Positions 56,300 to 64,000 of a stretch of DNA of 64,000 bases are shown in pieces. Source of the DNA: Octopus vulgaris (taxonomy: Eukaryota); NCBI GenBank assembly GCA_951406725.2, contig OX597825.1, positions 5,580,001 to 5,644,000 on the forward strand, in the 5' to 3' direction. The stretch's first letter is position 1. Each line of letters starts with the position of its first letter. Both the position numbers and the translations under genes were made by a program. The notes below the pieces were generated by a model, which saw only the letters and a program-made list of their open reading frames with translations, had not been told where the DNA came from and made no database searches.

Positions 56300-57462
56300 G
56301 TTTAGTTCGAATCTAAAAGAAGTTCTACCTCCTACTCCTGGGTTTTAGTTCGAATCTAAAAGAAGTTCTACCTCCTACTTCTGGGTTTTAGTTCGAATCT
56401 AAAAGAAGTTCTACCTCCTACTTCTGGGTTTTAGTTCGAATCTAAAAGAAGTTCTACCTCCTACTTCTGGGTTTTAGTTCGAATCTAAAAGAAGTTCTAC
56501 CTCCTACTTCTGGGTTTTAGTTCGAATCTAAAAGAAGTTCTACCTCCTACTCTTGGGTTTTAGTTCGAATCTAAAGAAGTTCTACCTCCTACTTCTGGGT
56601 TTTAGTTCGAATCTAAAAGAAGTTCTACCTCCTACTTCTGGGTTTTAGTTCGAATCTAAAAGAAGTTCTACCTCCTACTCTTGGGTTTTAGTTCGAATCT
56701 AAAAGAAGTTCTACCTCCTACTTCTGGGTTTTAGTTCGAATCTAAAAGAAGTTCTACCTCCTACTTCTGGGTTTTAGTTCGAATCTAAAAGAGTTCTACC
56801 TCCTACTTCTGGGTTTTAGTTCGAATCTAAAAGAAGTTCTACCTCCTACTCTTGGGTTTTAGTTCGAATCTAAAAGAAGTTCTACCTCCTACTCTTGGGT
56901 TTTAGTTCGAATCTAAAAGAAGTTCTACCTCCTACTTCTGGGTTTTAGTTCGAATCTAAAAGAAGTTCTACCTCCTACTTCTGGGTTTTAGTTCGAATCT
57001 AAAAGAAGTTCTACCTCCTACTTCTGGGTTTTAGTTCGAATCTAAAAGAAGTTCTACCTCCTACTTCTGGGTTTTAGTTCGAATCTAAAAGAAGTTCTAC
57101 CTCCTACTTCTGGGTTTTAGTTCGAATCTAAAAGAAGTTCTACCTCCTACTCTTGGGTTTTAGTTCGAATCTAAAAGAAGTTCTACCTCCTACTTCTGGG
57201 TTTTAGTTCGAATCTAAAAGAAGTTCTACCTCCTACTTCTGGGTTTTAGTTCGAATCTAAAAGAAGTTCTACCTCCTACTTCTGGGTTTTAGTTCGAATC
57301 TAAAAGAAGTTCTACCTCCTACTCTTGGGTTTTAGTTCGAATCTAAAAGAAGTTCTACCTCCTACTTCTGGGTTTTAGTTCGAATCTAAAAGAAGTTCTA
57401 CCTCCTACTTCTGGGTTTTAGTTCGAATCTAAAAGAAGTTCTACCTCCTACTCTTGGGTTTT
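56300..57462. repeat. Homogeneous minisatellite, 43-bp unit x ~27
   Basis: Unit ttttagttcgaatctaaaagaagttctacctcctacttctggg. Two variants (ttct/tctt) and two single-base deletions. Confidence 0.97.
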
Positions 57463-58444
57463 TACTCAGAACCTCACCAAATAGTTTTATTTCAAATATG
57501 TCGTCGCTGTTTTGTTTGCTTTGTTTGTTTTTTTTACCTGTCATTCGAGTGTTTATTTCTGATTTGTTGTCAACTTCAGAGTTGTCATTCTAACTGTAAA
57601 TCTGGGAAATTTTTGAAACCATATTTACTTTTTTTGTATGTTTTCATTTCAATATTTATATTAATTTTGTTTTTTCTTTTAGTTGTTTGTAATTTTGCAT
57701 CAAGCTATAATATTTACGTAGCTTTCTCTCTTTCTCTCTTTCTATCTATCACCACCACCACCACCACCAGCACTTCGAATAAAAGTTTGAAAAATATTTT
57801 CTATTCGTGATTAAAATTGTAAAAGCTGAGATCTGTCAAATCTCTACTTCTTAAGTAAGCCACATCCAGTTTGCAATGCAATTTCAAGTTTATATTTTTG
57901 CTGACAAAGAAATATATACGTTACACAAACTCTAGAGACAGTTGCACAAGCCTATCAAAAGAGCGGCAAACTGGCAGAATCATTATAGGCGTCGAAATAG
58001 AATGCCGCGCAGTGTTTGTTTCTACTCGTTGCGTTCAAAGTTCAAATTTCGCCGATGGCAGCGTTGCCTTTTATTCTTCCCTGGACGACAAAAAATACCA
58101 AAATTGAGCAAAGATTGACAGAATCGTGTAAACATCAAACTGGAAGATCCATTGTGGTATTTATTCCGGCTGTCTTCGCTCTCAGGTAAAATCCTACAAT
58201 AGCCTCCTTCAATGGTTGCCGTAGTACATCGCCCGGTTTAGCATTACCACTTCGCCCTTCAGGTGCCTTTAGCTGAGTTCGTGTTATTACAAGCATACAG
58301 GGCAAGTCTCCGGTCTAAGGATACTTTTATCCATTCTCTTTCCCTCCCACTAATCTGAGAGGCCTCTGCAACGGGTCATGAATACTGCCTTCCCCCCGGG
58401 ACCACCATAAAGATAAATAGCATGAAACATAACAGAAAAATATT

Positions 58445-58605
58445 GACATGGTTGTGTGGTCAAGAGACCTGCTTTGCAACCCTATGGTTTCCGATTCAGA
58501 CCCGCTTCCCAGCAATTTGAGCAATTGTTTCTACTATGATTCCAGGCCGACCAAAGCCTTGTGAGTGAATTTAGTAAACACAAACTGCGTAGAATGCCGT
58601 CGTAT
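58445..58605 (+). mobile_element. SINE family A (diverged)
   Basis: atggttgtgtggtcaagagacctgctttgcaacc...ggccgaccaaagccttgtgagtgaattt. Confidence 0.7.
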
Positions 58606-58870
58606 ATGTATGAATACATGGTGGACCCTCCCATCGAAGACGACACATGAACGTTCAGCTTTTTCTCGAAAGGACCTTCACAAATGATTTATTTATAGTG
58701 ATCAAACGCTCGTGCCGCACATTCGCTCACTCTCTCCATCAAGTCGACGTTGTCTGAACAGGTGCCACGGTGTGCAACGCGTCAGGTGTCGAAGTGACCG
58801 GAGAGCAACCGTGTGCGTGACTAGTAGTTATCAACTGTTAAATGTTTCATTAAAATTTTTCATGGTAATT

Positions 58871-59300
58871 CCGAAACTATGCTGAGTTCGGTCTCCATGG
58901 CTGATGAGAAGATTTCTATGTTTATTTGTCCCTTGCCCTTTTCCAATAATCGCTTTCATGTTTTATTTCGTTTTTTCATTCCCTCACATATACGCGCACA
59001 CGTATATGTGAGGTGAATTTAAAACGCAAACACGATACATGCTATAGAAGAACTTTTCGGATTCTTTATTTTAAAGTCCTGCCATTACGTAACATTATAT
59101 GTATGCATACATACGTATAATTATATTTAGATACAAACATACAGAAAGACACATAAACCCCATGTATTATAGGAAGAGAGAGACATTGACACACACATAC
59201 ACATATACCACATTCACACACACTCTACAGACACACACACACACACACACACAACACAAACATTCTCCACAGACACCCATATATATATTATAGAAAAAGG

Positions 59301-59377
<77 letters not shown>

Positions 59378-60434
59378 AACAGGTAGATAGATAAAGAAAG
59401 AGAAGGGAGAGATAAAGAAAGCACGAGAAAGGCTGATAGAGAGAGAGAGAGGCGTATGTACACACGCATGCACACTTACGGAGCCCGGAAGTGGTGATGT
59501 AAAATAATGTTATCAATAGAAACTGTGAAAAGAAAATGAAGACGACTCGATGTCTATCAAGACTAGAATAGAAATAAATAATTAAATGAATAAATAGAAG
59601 ACGAAATGTGTAAATATGTATCAGTTCAGTAAAGCGAGGATAAATCCGGCGGTGGTTAGTGAGGCATTGAAGAGAAATTATGATTATATCTCTAAAACTG
59701 AAGAGTTCCAATCTAACGGTTTGTTTCAGGAAAAGCAATATTTAATGAAATGTCCTTCAACTAAAAGTAGCTTGGCGCATGACTGTAAGGAAATCCTGTG
59801 GGAATTTTCTAATACGAATTTTCTCAAACCTTCAGGGATATTCTCAGCATTAATTTGAGTAGATTCCATCGAATTATCTCCAGTGAATTTCTGAAAAACG
59901 TGAGTGACACCAGTGTGTTTATGTGAGAGAGTGAGCGATCGTCTGCTTGACTGTGTGTACAATTTAGTTTTATTGGATCGTCGACGTCGCGACTTTTCTA
60001 TAACTCTATCGGTTAGAAACTACATTTATAACCACCAGAGGGATAAGATAATTGAACTGAGTGTTTAGAGATTCTATACAGAAAATATTTTCTTCATTAT
60101 AACAATGTTATTATAAGAGTTTTCTTTTATAATGGTGGAAATGATAGGCAAAAGTCGTCGTGAGAATCATAGAAAGTCCTATTCTATGTATGATATTAAC
60201 TTCAGATGTCTAACATCGCTTCGTCTGACGACGTTTCAAGGGCTTCAACAGGCGATATTTACGTTCAATCTTCACCAAATGCTAATCTTTTTTTTTCACT
60301 AACCAAGGAATTTGTTGTTGATGTTGTTTTTGTTGATGCTGTTGATATTGTTGTTCCCATGATAGAGTAGGTGATAGTAAGTGCCCCTTGGTGAACATCA
60401 TTAGTCAGCTGAACAATTAGGTACGCTCTCCATC

Positions 60435-60488
<54 letters not shown>

Positions 60489-60730
60489 TTACATACTTTA
60501 GAATTTAAACACTCCGAAACTATGCTGGGTTCGGTCTCCATGGTTGATGAAAATATTTCTATGTTTATTTGTCCTTTGCCCTTTTCCAGTAATCGCTTCC
60601 ATGTTCTATTTTGTGTTTTCATTCCCTCACACACACGCGCACACGTATATGTAAGGTGAATTTAAAACGCAAACACGATGCATGCTATAGAACTTTTTGG
60701 ATTCTTTCTTTCAAAGCCCTACCATAACAT
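58871..60730 (+). repeat. Pair of ~220-bp direct repeats (58871-59090 and 60514-60730)
   Basis: Both start ccgaaactatgctg and align through ...aaaacgcaaacacgat.catgctatag... Confidence 0.9.
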
Positions 60731-60739
60731 ATTAAAAGA

Positions 60740-60822
60740 TTCGTTTTCTGCTTCAATCACCGAGGTTAAGCCTAGTTGGTTCTTAAATGGCTAACCGTTT
60801 GGGAGATCTAAGCAACGTAAGC
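60740..60822 (+). pseudogene. Degenerate 5S rRNA-like sequence (5S pseudogene or SINE3 head)
   Basis: atcaccgaggttaagc...ctagttggttcttaaatggctaaccgtttggga...gtaagc resembles the 5S 3' half (A box, C box, terminal stem) with an internal deletion. Confidence 0.4.
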
Positions 60823-61444
60823 GACACCATATACTTACAACTTGGATGATATAAAAATGAGTTATACGCAGTTACTCTCTCGCTCATACACACACACACA
60901 CACACACACAGAGTAATATATAACATCACTTATGTTTTTCTCAAAGTCACTGGAGACACTTTGATGGAAATATACACAAATTAATGCTAAGAAGATCCCC
61001 AGAGGTTTGAAGACATTTACATCAGAAATTCCCACTAGATTTCCTCAGTCATGTAGCAGCAAGCTATTGAAACGTATTTCCTTATTGTTGTTTTAACTCT
61101 ACTCGAAGGTGTTCCAGCCATGACCGACACGTCTTTCTCTCAAGCGTTGTGTTTTTAGGAGTGCAGTATCCAATCTGTCACCTTGTATTTTCCAGATTGT
61201 AAGGTGTGATTTCAAGGTGATTTGTCTGCTATCTTCGACAGGTGAAAATATCTAATGTGTGAATATGTTTGTGTGCGTCGTGTATGTGTGCATGCATGTG
61301 TATATTTTGTGAGTATGTTTGTGCGTTCGTGTTTGTGTGTGTGTGATGCATGTGATGTGAGGCTGTGTGCTTGAAATATGTGCGTGTGTGTGTGTGTGGT
61401 TAGAGATATTATGTGTCGCAATATTTGGTGTCTCGGTGACTGAT

Positions 61445-61735
61445 TTTCTCCCACCTTTCGGAAGGAAACGGGGTTTATGTTGTTGCGGCGATCAGTGCTA
61501 ACAACTCCAAGTTGCGAGAACATTGAGCAGAAGTTATCAAACTGGTTTTCATCATGCTGCAGATAACACTTTTTTTCCAATATTCAGATGACTTCCCGTC
61601 CTCCATATCTTCTAATATTTTCAGAACTACAAATTTATTGCTGATGCTCTCCAACGCCATTGTCTGTTCGTCAATACAAGAGCCATTCCTGACAAAAGGA
61701 GGCATAAAAATCGTCAAATTTAACCCGAAAATACT
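61445..61735 (-). pseudogene. Possible pogo/Tigger-like DDE transposase remnant
   Basis: LTIFMPP...ALES...LEDMED...EYWKK loosely resembles pogo FLPP...IES.K...FWKK. Highly degenerate. Confidence 0.35.
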
Positions 61736-61788
61736 GAATATTTATATTTAAGTTCTATTATCCTGCCTGTATCACCAATCCTACAGAT

Positions 61789-61902
<114 letters not shown>

Positions 61903-62155
61903 TAGAATGACAGACAGACAGATAGATAGAATGGCTGCAGTCTAATGACTGAAATAAATAAAAGATATGCATATATATATATATATATATAAATAATAAA
62001 TATTAGGGAATAAATCCAAATTTACAGGGGAAAAAAATCAGATTTAGGATTAAATCCAATTTTATAGTAAAATATTATAAAATATTATTAAAATTTTATG
62101 TATTGATTAAGTCTTTCCTTGTTTGTTTTGCAAAATAGTGGTTTTGTCTCTAATA

Positions 62156-62209
<54 letters not shown>

Positions 62210-62237
62210 AATACGTATATATCTATGTATATATGTA

Positions 62238-62286
<49 letters not shown>

Positions 62287-62918
62287 ATATATGTATATAT
62301 ATATATGTATATATATATATTTATATATGAAATTACATGAATTACATGATTGTATGTGCGTCACGCTTTGGAATTTGGTGGCAGTATAAGATATATGAAG
62401 ATATATGCAGGTGTATAATACATATTGAGAGAGCTTTTTATCTTTCACAGTTCGTTCAACTTACAAGCGAAACGCTGAGATGCATCATAAATATGAATTA
62501 ATAAACATATGTATATGCGTCTGTGTCTCTGTGTGTTTGTGCGTATGTGTGTATGTGTATGCACACATTTACTTGTACCCAAGTATGTGTTTATGTATGT
62601 ATATAGGCATGCCTATATACGCAAGCAGTTGGATGCAGACAACAAATGCATTGTCTTCTTTCGGCTGCCAAAGATTCCCGCCTTCTGTTTAACGGAACGT
62701 ACACACACACTTACAAAACGCATGTGTACGCATCGACGCATACATACAGCCACAAGCAGCCACACACATATACACATATGTGCACACACACATACATATG
62801 CACACACATTGCACATTAATACTATTACAAATAGATTGACAAACATAGATAAATCATTGTTGGCATATACATATGCGTACAAATACGCACACACACACAC
62901 ACGTATACATGTATGTGC

Positions 62919-62953
<35 letters not shown>

Positions 62954-63128
62954 AACATATATATATATATACATATATATATATAAATGTGTATATATGT
63001 ATAAACATATATGTACATATATATCCCTATATATATATACATACATACATACAAATATATATATATATACAAATATATATCTGTATATATATATATATTT
63101 GTATATATGTATATATATTATATGTATA

Positions 63129-63167
<39 letters not shown>

Positions 63168-63304
63168 TATATATATATGTATATGTATATGTATATATAT
63201 GTATATATATATGTATATATTATATATATATGTATATATTATATGTATATATATGTATATATATATTTGTATATATGTATATATATATTTGTATATATAT
63301 CTGG

Positions 63305-63428
<124 letters not shown>

Positions 63429-63487
63429 TTGTATATATTATATATATATATATTGTATATATGTATATATATATATATTTATTTGTA

Positions 63488-63518
<31 letters not shown>

Positions 63519-63762
63519 TTGTATATATAAACACACTCATACAGACAGAGAGGCATTCATACATAAACTAAATGTAAGCATTCAATGTAATTCTGTGTGT
63601 ATGTGTGCATGCGCGTGTGTATGTCCATTTCTACGAGCATGTACATCTACGTCTCCGTGTGTAATATCTGTTCGTACGTATTTCTGTTTCTATACATGTC
63701 CATACAGACGTGTTCCCCGTATACACATAAATCAACGTCTCTGTATATATATACATACACCC

Positions 63763-63833
<71 letters not shown>

Positions 63834-63835
63834 TA

Positions 63836-63925
<90 letters not shown>

Positions 63926-64000
63926 GTATGTATACATGCATATACGTATGTGTACGAGGGACTATCAGTCTTCGTATCTACGTTGAGTGTCTTTCTTGTA

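Noticed and set aside
56300-57462. CRISPR-like array (palindromic unit, regular spacing)
   Set aside because: The intervening sequence is identical from unit to unit, so there are no unique spacers. There are no cas genes and the context is eukaryotic.
59726-59962. Weak Tc1/mariner N-terminal-like ORF
   Set aside because: No diagnostic motif (SGRP, WVPHEL) and no TIR.

Overview
AT-rich eukaryotic genomic DNA with very dense microsatellites: (TA)n, (CA)n, (TACA)n, (GATA)n, (TAA)n and CT tracts. The SINE families and microsatellite load suggest an octopus or other coleoid cephalopod intron or intergenic region (inference). I see no intact host gene. Nearly all ORFs in the track are translations of microsatellites. 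Recognisable content: several tRNA-headed SINE families, a truncated mariner transposase with its left TIR, and five copies of a mariner-derived MITE. Also present are CR1 and RTE LINE 3' ends, two R4/Dong-clade retrotransposon fragments sitting in (TAA)n, a Helentron-type (HINE/DINE-like) element, a 27 x 43-bp satellite and an eroded ~33-bp tandem array. The main unannotated signal is about a dozen minimal hammerhead-ribozyme folds in short non-coding repeats, mostly embedded in (TA)n/(TAA)n tracts and several in long inverted repeats. They share a palindromic stem III and usually an extra purine after A9. Their cores range from canonical (CUGAUGA, CUGAAGA) to variant (a G3-C8 swap, CUGUYGA, CCGACGA, CAGUUGA). 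This resembles Penelope-like element pLTRs or retrozyme-like elements. All folds and alignments were done by eye and repeat coordinates are approximate.
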